A DNA stretch of 64,000 nucleotides from Eledone cirrhosa (GCA_964016885.1 OZ024741.1:40238001-40302000); one strand, 5' to 3'. Shown: positions 39,607-54,884, counted from the stretch's first letter. The notes: generated from the letters alone by a model not told the origin. A program made the numbers and translations.

Positions 39607-39659
<53 letters not shown>

Positions 39660-39710
39660 GCTGATGATGTTGTTGTTGTTGTTGTTGCTGATGCTGTTGC
39701 TGTTGTTGAA
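38838..39710. repeat. Compound (GTT/GTC/GTA)n trinucleotide array; (GAA)n follows at about 39878-39973
   Basis: Read directly from the sequence. Confidence 0.95.
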
Positions 39711-40034
39711 TGTGGATTTTATAATATTTTGTTTTCCAATTAAGTTTTAATCTGCCTTCCCATGTTAGCTCTTGACACTAATCCAGAGAGAGAGGGAGGG
39801 GTGAGTGAGAGTGAGGGGGGGGGGGGAAGTATGAGAGAGAAAGCTGGAGAAAATCAGAGGAATAGGAGGAGGGGGAGGAGAAGAAGAAGAAGAAGAAGAA
39901 GAAGAAGAAGAAGAAGAAGAAGAAGAAGAAGAAGAAGAAGAAGAAGAAGAAGAAGAAGAAGAAGAAGAAGAAGACAAATAGACTCACTGACTTAGAAGAT
40001 AGTGTCTTTGGTTTGAAAAGTAGAAGAAATGGAA

Positions 40035-40094
<60 letters not shown>

Positions 40095-40114
40095 AGGAAA
40101 AGAGTTAAAATTAT

Positions 40115-40335
40115 AAGGAGAAGACAGAATAATGGTTGGCGATATCACACTGGTGGGGAATGCAATTAAGCGAATGAAAGTAATCAATACTTTTGGGTGT
40201 GGTGGGGTGTAATAATACTTTTATTCGGAGATCGGTACTCGGAGTTTCACGTGGCCAGTGCTCAGGCAACTGTCGTTTGGAACGGAGATACACAGATAAG
40301 CGTCTCAAAAAGACTGGGCCTTCAATAAAATCGAT
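40115..40335 (-). mobile_element. Diverged F1-related remnant with a hammerhead stem III
   Basis: Minus strand has GAAAC tccga GTA, then TATTACACCCCACCACACCCAAAAGTATTGATTACT, resembling the F1 tail TATTACCCACTCTACTACCCTAAGTATTGAGTACT. Confidence 0.4.
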
Positions 40336-40564
40336 ATTATATATATGTATACATATGTGTGTGTGTTTTTGTATGAGTGTATGTGTATGTGTGTGTATGT
40401 ATGTGTGTGTGCATGCGTATATGTGTGTGTATAGTTTAGAATACGTACTCAGTAACATAGTAGTTTCTCCAAAGTGAAAATACTCAAGCTTGGTCTTAAA
40501 TAAAATTGTACTATATATACATATAAATATATATATATATGTGTATATATATATGTGTGTGTGA

Positions 40565-40748
40565 GTCAGGTTTGATCTGTAATAGATCCTGCCTTGAGCT
40601 GATCGTCGGAGGAACATATGTAATATGTTAATAAATTATATTTTGATACATCACTGATTCCTCGTTATCTATAAATATATACTCTGCTCTGCGGGAGTCC
40701 CGAGTGCTCAAACGGCATACTGCCTACGGACGCATTTATTGCAACCTT

Positions 40749-40756
<8 letters not shown>
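40565..40756 (+). mobile_element. Diverged 3' fragment of the 51524-51908 family
   Basis: Reverse complement aligns with about 51525-51700 (TAGGC..TATGCCG.TTGAGCACTC...CAGAGCAGAGTAT). Ends in (TA)n. Confidence 0.6.
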
Positions 40757-40822
<66 letters not shown>

Positions 40823-40927
40823 TATGTATACGTACATACATATATGTATACAGACGTACAGTAGTAGTATTTAAGTAACAGCCGTACTAAGAGTGAGAAA
40901 TGAAATTTCGTTTCATTTTTTCCATTC

Positions 40928-41068
<141 letters not shown>

Positions 41069-41390
41069 CACACACACATACATACATGGCGGAGAGTTAG
41101 CAGAGTCATTACAACGTCAGATAGAATGCTTTGCGGTATTCGTTTCGACCGAGATCAACTTTGCCCTTCATCCATTCAAGGTCGGGAAAGAAAACCAGTC
41201 TAGTACTGGGGTCGGTTCTTCCTCTATATCTCTTTCTAATTCCCATTCATTCACTCTCTCCATCCTTCTCTGGAAGAAATTTGCTTAATTCGAACCTAGA
41301 AAGGGTTGGACTCCAACGGATTTTAAAATGCCCAAGAACGATTCATAACAAAAGTCCCTCAAATGTTTTTCATAAACATTCCGTATATTA

Positions 41391-41572
41391 TTTGGCAGTA
41401 TCGGTAGAGGGTTGGACGCCATGCTTTCTAGCATGGTTACGTCCCTTTAGAGTCTGAGTTCAAATCCCGCCGAGGTTAACTTTGCCTTTCATCCTTACGG
41501 GGTCGATAAAATAAAGTACCAGTAATGTACTGGGTAATTGCTGGTCTTGTGCCTAAAGTAGAAACAATTATT
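41391..41572 (+). mobile_element. SINE S1
   Basis: Matches the S1 consensus. Confidence 0.85.
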
Positions 41573-41976
41573 CAATAAACAATACAACATATATATGCAT
41601 ACCGCTATGTTGGAGCACAAATACAAATTGTTTAATTTAATATTAAATTCAGATGGTTAAATAATTTAATATAAGTTTCACAACTAGGAGGACGTTATTT
41701 GAAAACCACATTCGAACAGTTTCTATTAACCTCTGTTATATGCACTGCAATATTCTGTTGTTCTCTTTGCTGGCTTCTGATGAAAATATTACATGTATGT
41801 ATACAGTTATACGCATGTGGGTGGCAGGAGAAACAATATTTATTTGTTTCAAGATATGTACTTGATTTATTTACAACCACCATATTATTCCAACCCCTTA
41901 CACACACACACACACACACTCACACAAACACACACACGCACATATACACACATACATATCACACACACACTTTCTC

Positions 41977-42035
<59 letters not shown>

Positions 42036-42348
42036 GTATATACATATATATATATATGAAAATATATACAGACAGTCCAGCCTCTTGTCATTTTATTCAA
42101 TAATATATATATATATATATAGTAATAATAATAAATTTGAAGACATATATACATATATGTATATATGTGTATATATGTATATATGTATATATATATATAT
42201 ATGTATATATGTATATATGTATATATGTATATGTATATATGTGTATATATAGTAATAATAATAAATTTGAAGACATATATACATATATGTATATATGTGT
42301 ATATACATGTATGTATATATATCATATATATCATATATATATATATAT

Positions 42349-42392
<44 letters not shown>

Positions 42393-42759
42393 ATATATAT
42401 ATATATGATATATATACATACATGTATATACACATATATACATATATATATGCGTGTGTGTGTTATGTTATGTATGTATTTATGTAATATATATCATATT
42501 GACAGCTTGGAAATAGAAATAATACGTTTTCTCTTTTGTGTTTTTTAATTGTTTTACTTTCGACTCTGTCTCTCTTCAGTTATTTCATTTCTTTATATCT
42601 GGTCTTCATGTTTCCTATTACTAAATACTATTGGTTATTATCTTAATTTTAAATCCCTGTTGTCAAACCGGAAAAAATATATAATACTTATATCTGTATA
42701 CGTGTGTGTGTGTGAGTGTGTGTGTGTGTGTGTGTCTATGTGTGCGTATGCGTGTTGTT

Positions 42760-43690
<931 letters not shown>

Positions 43691-44077
43691 GATGTTTAAA
43701 AGTTGTTTTATGCATGAGATGCGCTATCCATATACAACGTGTGTGTTTGATTGAGCGGGATTGGAGTGTGTGTAAATAAATAACTGACAGCTAATTGTAA
43801 TAAGAGAGTTGAAACTGAGATACTTCGTAAAGAATTCGGCTATTAAATCTCATACTTTTAAGATTTAGACGAGATATCTATGATTAGTGTAAAACAACAG
43901 CCATCATAATAAATTTGTGGTTTTACTGTAGTTTCATATTGCAGTAAAACATGGACGCTTAATAACTAGATTGATTGAAAGTTGATATATAGATAGATGT
44001 AGAGTTGGATACTGTTAGATGGATGGATATATTGGTAGATACATAGAGAGAGGGGGAGAGAGAGATTGATAGATATG

Positions 44078-44136
<59 letters not shown>

Positions 44137-44209
44137 TTGCATACTGGTAGGTGGGTGGATATATTGGTAGATACATAGAGAGAGGGGGAGAGAGAGATTG
44201 ATAGATATG

Positions 44210-44272
<63 letters not shown>

Positions 44273-45101
44273 TTGCATACTGGTAGGTGGATGGATATAT
44301 TGGTAGATCAATATATAGAGAGAGGGGGAGATATAGATAGATGGATAGATAGATAGGTAGATAGATAGATCGATAGATACATAGGGAGATGGATTGATAG
44401 ATAAATACACACACTTGCACTCACACACACACATATATATATATATATCATCACCGTTTATCGTCCATTTTCTACATTATCATATATATCTATATATTTA
44501 TATATATACAAAAAGAGGGGGCTAAAGATAAAGAGAGAGGGAGAGAAAAAAGGAAGGAGAGAGAGAAAGACAGAGAGAAAGACAGATAGGTAGACTTGGC
44601 TGTTAATTCTGCAGACAACTCGATCGCTCGTACAAGAACTGGTATGATATATAGTTAGATGGGATTATCAGTAGATAAAGAGGTGTGAGCGAGGTATACA
44701 TATATTGATGCAATGATATATAAATATAATGTTTAGCTACAATGCAGTAACAAAATATATATCGTTAGCTATATATTTAAATGCGGTTTCTTCTCACTGA
44801 ATCGACTGTAAATTTAGTAGACAACTTCTAATTGCTGAGAAGCCAATTAATTCTATTGAAATAATTTCATGAATAAAACAAAAATAAAAGAATTAACCAA
44901 AAAGAATAATCATATTTCCCACGAAAGAAAGGCAGAAAAATTCAACGTTTCATAATGTGGTCGTTCCTCAAAACAAAAGTACGGAAGAAAGTATAAAGCT
45001 AACTTCAGGTTGAAAACCACAATGTAAATGGATTAAGGTAACAGGTGGCTGAGGGCAGACCAAAATGGGCGTTTTTCAACCAGTAATATTTGTTGTATGT
45101 A

Positions 45102-45221
<120 letters not shown>

Positions 45222-45793
45222 TGTGTGTGTGTGTGAGTGTGTGTGTATGTGTGTGTGTGTGTATAAACATATATATAAAGAGAGGAGAGAAATAGAGAGA
45301 GAAAGAAATTTCGTTTGGTTTCGGAATGTATCCCATCTGGGGTCACAATTAAGAAGCAAAATCGAAGAAAAATAAGAAACAGAAATTTAAAAGATTTAAA
45401 AAAAATATATATAATAAAATACATACAAAATACCAAAGTGTTATATAGGGCGTGGCTAAAATCTAAATAACGTAATAATTGACCGAGGCTGGAGTCCCGA
45501 GCATCAGATATCGGTTGCCTGGCAGCCAGTTCTGAAATTCCAATAACTTCATTTTTTCTTTGCAAAAAGAAATATAAGCAAAAACTCAAGCAAAAACAAA
45601 CAACTAGTTGTTTAATTACTATGACAATCCATGCTTCTTTCATACTTCTACTCTTACATCCCTCTGTTTATATAAACTCTCTATACCTGTTCCCGCCAAA
45701 TCTTATCTATTATTATTCCAGGTTGGCGGAATTGTTAGAGTGTCAAACAAAATTTCTCCCCACACCCCTTATTTAGTTATGTTTCTTTATATA

Positions 45794-46270
45794 CTCGTTC
45801 TCAGTTCCAGTCTCGCTGAGATCAATTTCACATTCTCGTTCTCAGCTCCAATCTCACTGAGGTCAACTTCACAATCTCGTTCTTAGTTCAAATCCATCTG
45901 AGGTCAACTTCAAATCGCATTCTCAGTTCCAATTTCGCTGAGATCAAGTTTACAATCTCGTTCTCAGTTCTAATCTCGTTGAGATCAACTTCAAAATCAC
46001 GTTCTCAGTTCCAAACTCTTTGAGATCAACTTCACATTCTCGTTCTTAGTTCCAATCTCACTGAAGTCGACTTCACATTCTCGTTCTTAGTTCAAATCCA
46101 TCTGAGGTCAACTTCAAATCGCATTCTCAGTTCCAATTTCGCTGAGATCAAGTTTACAATCTCGTTCTCAGTTCTAATCTCGTTGAGATCAACTTCAAAA
46201 TCACGTTCTCAGTTCCAATCCTGAGATCAACATTATATTCTCGTTTTCAATTCCAATCCGATGAAGTCAA
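45794..46270 (+). repeat. ~41-bp minisatellite with a 204-bp higher-order duplication
   Basis: Unit CTCGTTCTCAGTTCCAATCTCGCTGAGATCAACTTCACATT. The block at 45877 recurs at 46081. Confidence 0.85.
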
Positions 46271-46366
46271 CTTTACCTTTAGTTCTTCCGTCATCAGTGA
46301 AATAATGTGCCAGTCAAACACTGTGTTAATTAAATCAGCCATCCCAATATTGCTGGCTAAGTGCCT

Positions 46367-46785
46367 ATCGGTAGAGAGTCGGATGCCATACTTTGCAGCA
46401 CAGAGTTATGGCCATTTACGGTCTGAGTTCAAATCCCGCCGAGGTTAACTTTGCCTTTAATCCTTACGGGGTCGATAAAATAAAGTACCAGTAATGCACT
46501 GGGTAATTGCTGGCCTTGTGCCAAATTAGAAACAATAATTATTGCAAAGGTAGGTTAAGGGTAGTGGATTGGCAGTATCCGTAGAGCGTCGGACAACATG
46601 CGTTGCAGCATAGAGTTACGGCCCTTCACGGTCACTTTATGTTCAAATCCCGTCAAGGTTAGCTTTTCCTTTCATTCTTATGGGGTTGATAAAATAAAGT
46701 AACAGTAACACACTGGGGTCGATTTAATCGACTTTACCACCTCTCACCAAAATTGTTGGCCTTGTGTCTAAATCAGAAACCATTA
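46367..46785 (+). mobile_element. Two adjacent S1-type SINEs (46367-46540, 46564-46785)
   Basis: Both match the S1 consensus. Confidence 0.8.
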
Positions 46786-46955
46786 TTTTTGCTAATATTA
46801 TATTTCGTTTTTGTTGGTAATTTTTCTTCTAGAATTTAGGTGCGAGAGTTTCAATATATATCATATTTATTATTCCTTTCCCTTTCATAATCTGGCAATT
46901 GTTTCTTCTTCTTCTTCTTCTTCTATTGATTCGGGTTGACCAACACCTATTGAAC

Positions 46956-47023
<68 letters not shown>

Positions 47024-47354
47024 ATATGCGTGTTTTTTGGGCATATTTTTATATTTAACCCTATCATCTCACCCTCTAAACCTAAACCTACTTTACCCAC
47101 CCACTCTTGCAAACCCACCAATAAGTGTATATAAACAGATCTCGGGGCCTCTGTCAACAGATTAGATGTATCTTTGCAATTATAAGCTCGTATATCTGAC
47201 GAGATGTCGAAAAATAGTTGGGTCCGGTCACCTTGATTGAACCCTGAACTAATCGATATCGAAACAATTGTAATATGCAAATAAAGTTTGTACATATGCT
47301 GCAACACACATTTAGATGCTTTTAATCTCTCTCTCTCACCTCTCTCTCTCTCTA

Positions 47355-47404
<50 letters not shown>

Positions 47405-47405
<1 letters not shown>

Positions 47406-47574
47406 CGAAGGAGTTGTGGTAAGGAAGCAGATGGACCATAACGCACCAGAGTACTCAATACTTAAGATAGTAGAGTGGGTAAAAATGTATGACCCCGACG
47501 GCAGAGCTCAAGCCGTTTCGGAAATAGCCGCCGAAATGGCTTGAGCTCTGCCGTCGGGATCATACATTTTCCTA
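47405..47574 (-). mobile_element. Fold-back family F1, copy 3
   Basis: Same tail and hairpin as other F1 copies, with (TA)n flanks. Confidence 0.8.
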
Positions 47575-47597
47575 TATATATATATGTGTGTGTGTGC

Positions 47598-47677
<80 letters not shown>

Positions 47678-47678
47678 G

Positions 47679-47722
<44 letters not shown>

Positions 47723-47733
47723 TCCAGTATATA

Positions 47734-47766
<33 letters not shown>

Positions 47767-47768
47767 TC

Positions 47769-48325
<557 letters not shown>

Positions 48326-48354
48326 ATGTATGTATATATATATATATATATATG

Positions 48355-48393
<39 letters not shown>

Positions 48394-48488
48394 GTATATA
48401 TATATATGTATATATATTTATACATATATATATATGTATGTATATATATATATATGTATATATATTTATACATATATATATATGTATG

Positions 48489-48519
<31 letters not shown>

Positions 48520-48521
<2 letters not shown>

Positions 48522-50001
48522 TATGAAGAGAGAAGAAACATTTAGATATAATTAGTAATAAAATGTATCATACCTAAACTGTTCCTAAATTCCTCGACTA
48601 CGTAGTTTCGTGGCATAAACAAAAACAATATATCAAAGATATAGAGTCCTTGCGAGGTCTGCCGACTTATCAAGAGGATACCTCATTTTACTAGTCTCAA
48701 GAACGCGTCTACACGACGTGAGAAAGAATCCCAAAAGGCGAAGGGGGAGATAGTCACGCGATATAACGGTCGAGAAACAGAGCTAAGCCTCTTATAACCA
48801 CGAAGAAAACACCACGGAGGCGGAGGGGGTATTCATATCGAGGCCGTAGAAGAGGTAGTGAAGAAGGCGAGAAGTATGAGTAATGGAAGCTTTCCAGTTG
48901 TCCCCACACTTCAAAGATTGCTCGACCAGAGGGAGTTATTAATATATTTAAAAACACACAGATACATGCGGACACACACATATATACATGAATGCATCCG
49001 CACCCAACTGTGAGTTAAGGGTGCCAACTTCACCGATGTTGCTCAATGAATGACTGGGACAGACCAATTCAGTTTGAACTAGACTGAACCAGTATCAGAG
49101 TTAAAAATACATTATGAAGAGAGAAGAAACATTTAGATATAATTAGTAATAAAATGTATCATACCTAAACTGTTCCTAAATTCCTCGACTACGTAGTTTC
49201 GTGGCATAAACAAAAACAATATATCAAAGATATAGAGTCCTTGCGAGGTCTGCCGACTTATCAAGAGGATACCTCATTTTACTAGTCTCAAGAACGCGTC
49301 TACACGACGTGAGAAAGAATCCCAAAAGGCGAAGGGGGAGATAGTCACGCGATATAACGGTCGAGAAACAGAGCTAAGCCTCTTATAACCACGAAGAAAA
49401 CACCACGGAGGCGGAGGGGGTATTCATATCGAGGCCGTAGAAGAGGTAGTGAAGAAGGCGAGAAGTATGAGTAATGGAAGCTTTCCAGTTGTCCCCACAC
49501 TTCAAAGATTGCTCGACCAGAGGGAGTTATTAATATATTTAAAAACACACAGATACATGCGGACACACACATATATACATGAATGCATCCGCACCCAACT
49601 GTGAGTTAAGGGTGCCAACTTCACCGATGTTGCTCAATGAATGACTGGGACAGACCAATTCAGTTTGAACTAGACTGAACCAGTATCAGAGTTAAAAATA
49701 CATTATGAAGAGAGAAGAAACATTTAGATATAATTAGTAATAAAATGTATCATACCTAAACTGTTCCTAAATTCCTCGACTACGTAGTTTCGTGGCATAA
49801 ACAAAAACAATATATCAAAGATATAGAGTCCTTGCGAGGTCTGCCGACTTATCAAGAGGATACCTCATTTTACTAGTCTCAAGAACGCGTCTACACGACG
49901 TGAGAAAGAATCCCAAAAGGCGGAGGGGGAGATAGTCACGCGATATAACGGTCGAGAAACAGAGCTAAGCCTCTTATAACCACGAAGAAAACACCACGGA
50001 G
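48520..50001 (-). repeat. 591-bp tandem array (2.5 units) with one hammerhead per unit; retrozyme-like
   Basis: Units start at 48520, 49111 and 49702 and are near-identical. (TA)-rich flanks. Confidence 0.9.
48591..48678 (-). ncRNA. Type I hammerhead, U3-A8 core variant (also 49182-49269 and 49773-49860)
   Basis: uccuc UUGAUAA gu(c)ggc...gccac GAAAC uacgua GUC gagga. Confidence 0.78.
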
Positions 50002-50060
50002 ATATAGATATATGTATTTATATATATATATAGATATATGTATATATATACATATATACA

Positions 50061-50128
<68 letters not shown>

Positions 50129-50139
50129 GTATATGTATG

Positions 50140-50192
<53 letters not shown>

Positions 50193-50199
50193 ATATATG

Positions 50200-50268
<69 letters not shown>

Positions 50269-50292
50269 TTATACATATATATATATATATTT

Positions 50293-50365
<73 letters not shown>

Positions 50366-50394
50366 TATATTTATACATATATATATATATATTT

Positions 50395-50449
<55 letters not shown>

Positions 50450-50486
50450 CATATATATATATATATACTTATATACATATGTGTGT

Positions 50487-50523
<37 letters not shown>

Positions 50524-50989
50524 TGCATGTGTGTGTGTATGTTCATGTCTTTTAACGTAGCGCTTCGACGATAGATGAGGGCGATGCGAGAACAAAGACT
50601 ATGGACAATATAGTCGAGTAAATCACTTCAACGCGGTGCCCCAGTATGGCCGTAGTTTAATGTGTGAAACCAATGAATACAAAAATGTTAAAAATACAAA
50701 AACCATTAAATAACATAAAACAAAGCCATAAACAATAAGAATAGAAAGAAGGAAAATAGTACGATTAAAACTGTAAATATTGAGAATATAAATCACAGAG
50801 ATAGGGCTAGTGTAAACAATCAATATAAGGAAACTAAACATAATCGAACTCAACATCGCTCTGCGGAATATTGATGTATGAAAGACAAAGCAAAGCTATA
50901 CAAATAAAAGTAGAAAAACATGCAGGTATTGTTGTGAGGTTAAGAATGTCGCCGAACCAACGTCGTCTTAGGTTCAGGCCCAACTGCGT

Positions 50990-51059
<70 letters not shown>

Positions 51060-51062
<3 letters not shown>

Positions 51063-51215
51063 CCAGTAAGACCCCGACAGCTGAGCTCAAGCCGTCGAAA
51101 CGGCTTGAGCTCAGCTGTCGGGGTCTTACTGGTTCCTATTACCCACTCTACTACCTCAAGTATTGAGTACTTTGGTGCGTTATGGTCCACCTGGTTCCTT
51201 ACCACATTTCCTTCG

Positions 51216-51216
<1 letters not shown>
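51060..51216 (+). mobile_element. Fold-back family F1, copy 4
   Basis: GAAAC ggc ttgagctca gct GTC at 51097-51119, then the F1 tail and (TA)n. Confidence 0.8.
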
Positions 51217-51250
<34 letters not shown>

Positions 51251-51251
<1 letters not shown>

Positions 51252-51432
51252 CAAAGAGGATGTGGAAAGATACCAGGTGGGTCATAACGCAGCAGAGTAC
51301 TCAATACTTAGGGTAGTAGAGTGGGTAATAGGAAAAGAGTTTGGATCTAGCTGTCGAAGCAGCCGGAGCTCAGCCGGAGCTCAGCCGGAGCTCAGCCGGA
51401 GCTCAGCCGGCAGGGTCCTGACTCTTTTCCTA
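51251..51432 (-). mobile_element. Family F1, copy 5, with an internal 11-bp tandem (CAGCCGGAGCT)n
   Basis: F1 tail and short arms TAGGAAAAGAGT/ACTCTTTTCCTA. Confidence 0.7.
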
Positions 51433-51433
51433 T

Positions 51434-51523
<90 letters not shown>

Positions 51524-51526
<3 letters not shown>

Positions 51527-51908
51527 ATGGTAGCTAAGATGCTTCCATAGGCGTTATGCCGGTTGAGCACTCTATGCTCTTACAGAGCAGAGTATGATAG
51601 AATAGAAAACGAAAAGTCAGTGATGCATCTGAACTCTATTGTGAGTTACAATTGTTTCCCCGGCGGACAGCTCGAGACGTGATCATTGTGTGGATCTGTT
51701 TGATTCTGGACCCGCAGTTTCGATGGACACGTCTAATGATTTCGGAGCATATTCTCTCACCGAAATCATTAGACGTGTCCATCGAAACTGCGGGTCCAGA
51801 ATCAGACAGATCCACACAATGATCACGTCTCGAGCTGTCCGTCGGGGAAACAATTGTAACTCACAATAGAGTTCAGATGCATCACTGATTTTTCGTTTTC
51901 TATTCTAT
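51524..51908 (-). mobile_element. Fold-back element with the 3' half of a hammerhead (family F3)
   Basis: Arms 51597-51745/51760-51908 and tail 51524-51596. GAAAC tgcgg GTC lies at 51784-51796. Confidence 0.75.
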
Positions 51909-51929
51909 ATATATATATATATATATATA

Positions 51930-52135
51930 CGAGGGTTGGCCGAAAGGTTCATAGGCTGACTGTGAAGGAGTGATGCTAGAGCTGTGAAATCTTGCATACA
52001 TTAATTTCAAATCTTATTAATAACTTATTAATAACTGCATTGTTTCTTTCTAGGGACTATGTTAATAAATAAACCTCATTTGTTCATTCCATGAGAGTAT
52101 CTTCATCAGCCTATGAACCTTTCTGCCGACCCTTC
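51930..52135. mobile_element. Mariner-type MITE
   Basis: TIRs TA|CGAGGGTTGGCCGAAAGGTTCATAGGCTGA ... TCAGCCTATGAACCTTTCTGCCGACCCT. Confidence 0.7.
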
Positions 52136-52142
52136 TGTGTCT

Positions 52143-52266
<124 letters not shown>

Positions 52267-52782
52267 TGTATATAGATATTTATATATAGATATATATATG
52301 ATGGGTGGTGGGGTGCTAGTGTGTGTATGTGTATGTGCGTGTGCGCGCACGTTTGACACCTTGTGTGCTAGTGTGTGTATGTGTGTATGCTTGATCATGA
52401 CACTTCATTTCACATTGCTTTTCAAGTGAGGATCGAGGTCGTAATATTGAAACACCTGAGAAACCTCCTATGAGAGCTTCATAAGAAGCCACCTCCACCT
52501 CCATAAGTGTAAATCTAATTTTTACAAGCTAAATAATGTGTATATAGAGGGGGCCGCTATCGATTAGTGTCTATGGAAGACTTCCCCAAAATATTATACA
52601 ATATGATTGAACTCAAGACTGATTGCGAGGCCACCTTCTTAATAATTCAGCTATAATTATTTCAGAAAGGTATAAAGGATGTAGATGTAGAAAATTTGAA
52701 TATACTATAGAATACTCTATAGAACAACGGCTAACAAATGAGTAGCCCAAAGACCAATCTTAACAATGAAAATATCAACAAT

Positions 52783-53403
52783 TAGGACTGGCACTACCAT
52801 TAAGGCCAACTAGGCAGATACCTAGAACATTGACCTCGGAAAGGCGCATTATGAAGCTTAAAAGATTACAGTTTCATACAATATTATATATATATATAAA
52901 TATATGATAAATAAATGAACCACTAAAGTTCGACAACGTAGCAGGGTTGTGGAAATTCCTAAAACTGTGAAGAAGGCCGTATGTTGTTATACTGTGTCAC
53001 ATGTTTTGGCGTGGATGAGTGTAGACTGTGTATTAAAATATGTAGGCGTAGTAATTAAATTAGTGTAGTCAGGGTAAGAAATATCATAAAATGTGTTCGT
53101 CAGCTTAGCAAACCTTACTTTGAAATAATTTTATTTCGGAGAATAGGGCGTAGAATTGGGAAATTGAAACGCACAACAACGCTAAAAGTGCGCAGCACAT
53201 AATTGGAAGAATGGGGTGCATAACTATTAGAATAGAATTTCAACAACGATAATGATGAGTAGCGCATACCTGGAAAAATGGGGCGCATTACCCTGGAAAT
53301 GGAACGTAAAACTATGATAATCAGCGTGGCGCGTAACTGGGAGAATGGGGCGCATAACCTTATAGAGCAACCCAAGGGCAGGAAATAACCAGAAGCCGAC
53401 TCA
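52783..53403. mobile_element. Possible old non-autonomous hAT-like element
   Basis: Degenerate ends resembling CAGGGCCGGC..TAGGC / ..AGGGC..GCCGGCCCTG, with repeated internal GGGCGCA motifs. Confidence 0.3.
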
Positions 53404-53709
53404 GTCAATAATGAAAAGACAAAGCGTAATCTAGGCCACCCTAGCTAAATGTACTGGAAACAGATGTGAATATTGTTATCACCTGGAAATAGAAATCGAT
53501 CGATCTATAAACAGCAGCAGTAGTCATAAAAGATGGCGGATACGTCTTTAAAATTTTCTCATAAAGAAAATATCTTAAACTTAAACAAACAACGTGGAAA
53601 ATAAATATATGGCGGCTAGAAGGGAATGTCATTAATCGTTAATGATAAATAAAGGAATATTGACATATGCATGTATGTGTCATTTATTTATACATAAATA
53701 CATGCACTC

Positions 53710-53750
<41 letters not shown>

Positions 53751-54018
53751 GTTAAAAGAATAGAGGTGTAACACACAAGTTATTATATATTGGTAAACGG
53801 AATAGAAAATGCTGACAAATTGTTCACAGTTGAAAAATGGTTTAATTAGGAATAAAAGAGTATTAGTGATTGTATGGGTTAGTATTCAGTTGTGGTTTTA
53901 AGTTTTTAAGTTAAAACCACAACTGAATACTAACCCATACAATCACTAATACTCTTTTATTCCTAATTAAACCATTTTTCAACTGTGAACAATTTGTCAG
54001 CATTTTCTATTCCGTCTA

Positions 54019-54022
<4 letters not shown>
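53751..54022 (-). mobile_element. Family F2, copy 2 (shorter fold-back, opposite orientation)
   Basis: Same tail and arm sequence as 47769-48196; the turn is at 53902-53910. Confidence 0.85.
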
Positions 54023-54115
<93 letters not shown>

Positions 54116-54116
<1 letters not shown>

Positions 54117-54428
54117 TAATAAACAACATGAGACAATTATTCCGTTTACCAAAGGTTTCACGAAGAAAGACGAGCTCAACAGAGACGTCTGAAATCGCTC
54201 ATCAGAATGAAAATTTAATATGGACGTAAGATATGAATTCATATCTTACGTCCATATTAAATTTTCATTCCGATGAGCGATTTCAGACGTCGCTGTTGAG
54301 CTCGTCCGTCTTCGTGAAACCTTTGGTAAATGGAATAATTGTCTTATGTTGTTTATTACATAATTAAATAGCTCTGTAGCATACATAGAGTACTCTCCTT
54401 TCCATTACCCTTCCTAGGGAAATACTTC
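54116..54428 (+). mobile_element. Loop-less palindrome with 122-bp arms and a full hammerhead in each arm
   Basis: Axis at GAA|TTC (54237/54238). Consensus cauu CUGAUGA gcga...ucgu GAAAC cuuug GUA aaug. Tail 54360-54428. Confidence 0.82.
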
Positions 54429-54455
54429 ATATATATATATATATATATATATATA

Positions 54456-54629
54456 CAGGGTTGGCCAGAATTCAATAACATGCTTATTTTATTGTTATTG
54501 TATTGTTTTAATGTATGTGCTTACCGTATCTTGTTCATGATCTTATGCCTGTATATATTATATTCCTTAACATTTTGTGTTAATAGATCTACAAATAATC
54601 AAGTGAGTCATGAATTCTGGCCAACCCTG
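54456..54629. mobile_element. Tc1/mariner MITE
   Basis: Perfect 19-bp TIR CAGGGTTGGCCAGAATTCA with TA flanks. Confidence 0.8.
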
Positions 54630-54646
54630 TATGTATATATATATGT

Positions 54647-54838
54647 GAAGGATTCGTAACCCCCGACGGCTGAGCTTCTGCCGTCTCAACAGCAAGATCC
54701 GAACCTAGGATCTAGCTATTTAAATGGCAGGAGCTCAGCCACCGGGGTTCCGAATCCTTGTTATTACCTACTCTACTACCCCAAGTATCGAGTACTCTGG
54801 TGAGTAATGGTCTAACTGGTTTTTACTACATCCATTCT

Positions 54839-54841
<3 letters not shown>
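54647..54841 (+). mobile_element. Family F1, copy 6 (diverged)
   Basis: Hairpin 54647-54759 followed by an F1-like tail. Confidence 0.65.

Positions 54842-54884
<43 letters not shown>

Noticed and set aside
45476-45550. Hammerhead-like ggctgg..ccagttct GAAA ttccaa TA
   Set aside because: The core (TTGACCGA) and stem I do not fit; too degenerate to call.
48754-49572. Identical 75-aa ORFs in the tandem units
   Set aside because: They are a by-product of the duplication, have a non-ATG start and show no recognisable motif.
51530-51596. Twister-like TAA..TGC...GCAGAGTA
   Set aside because: It lacks the conserved P4 loop (GUnnCAAGC).
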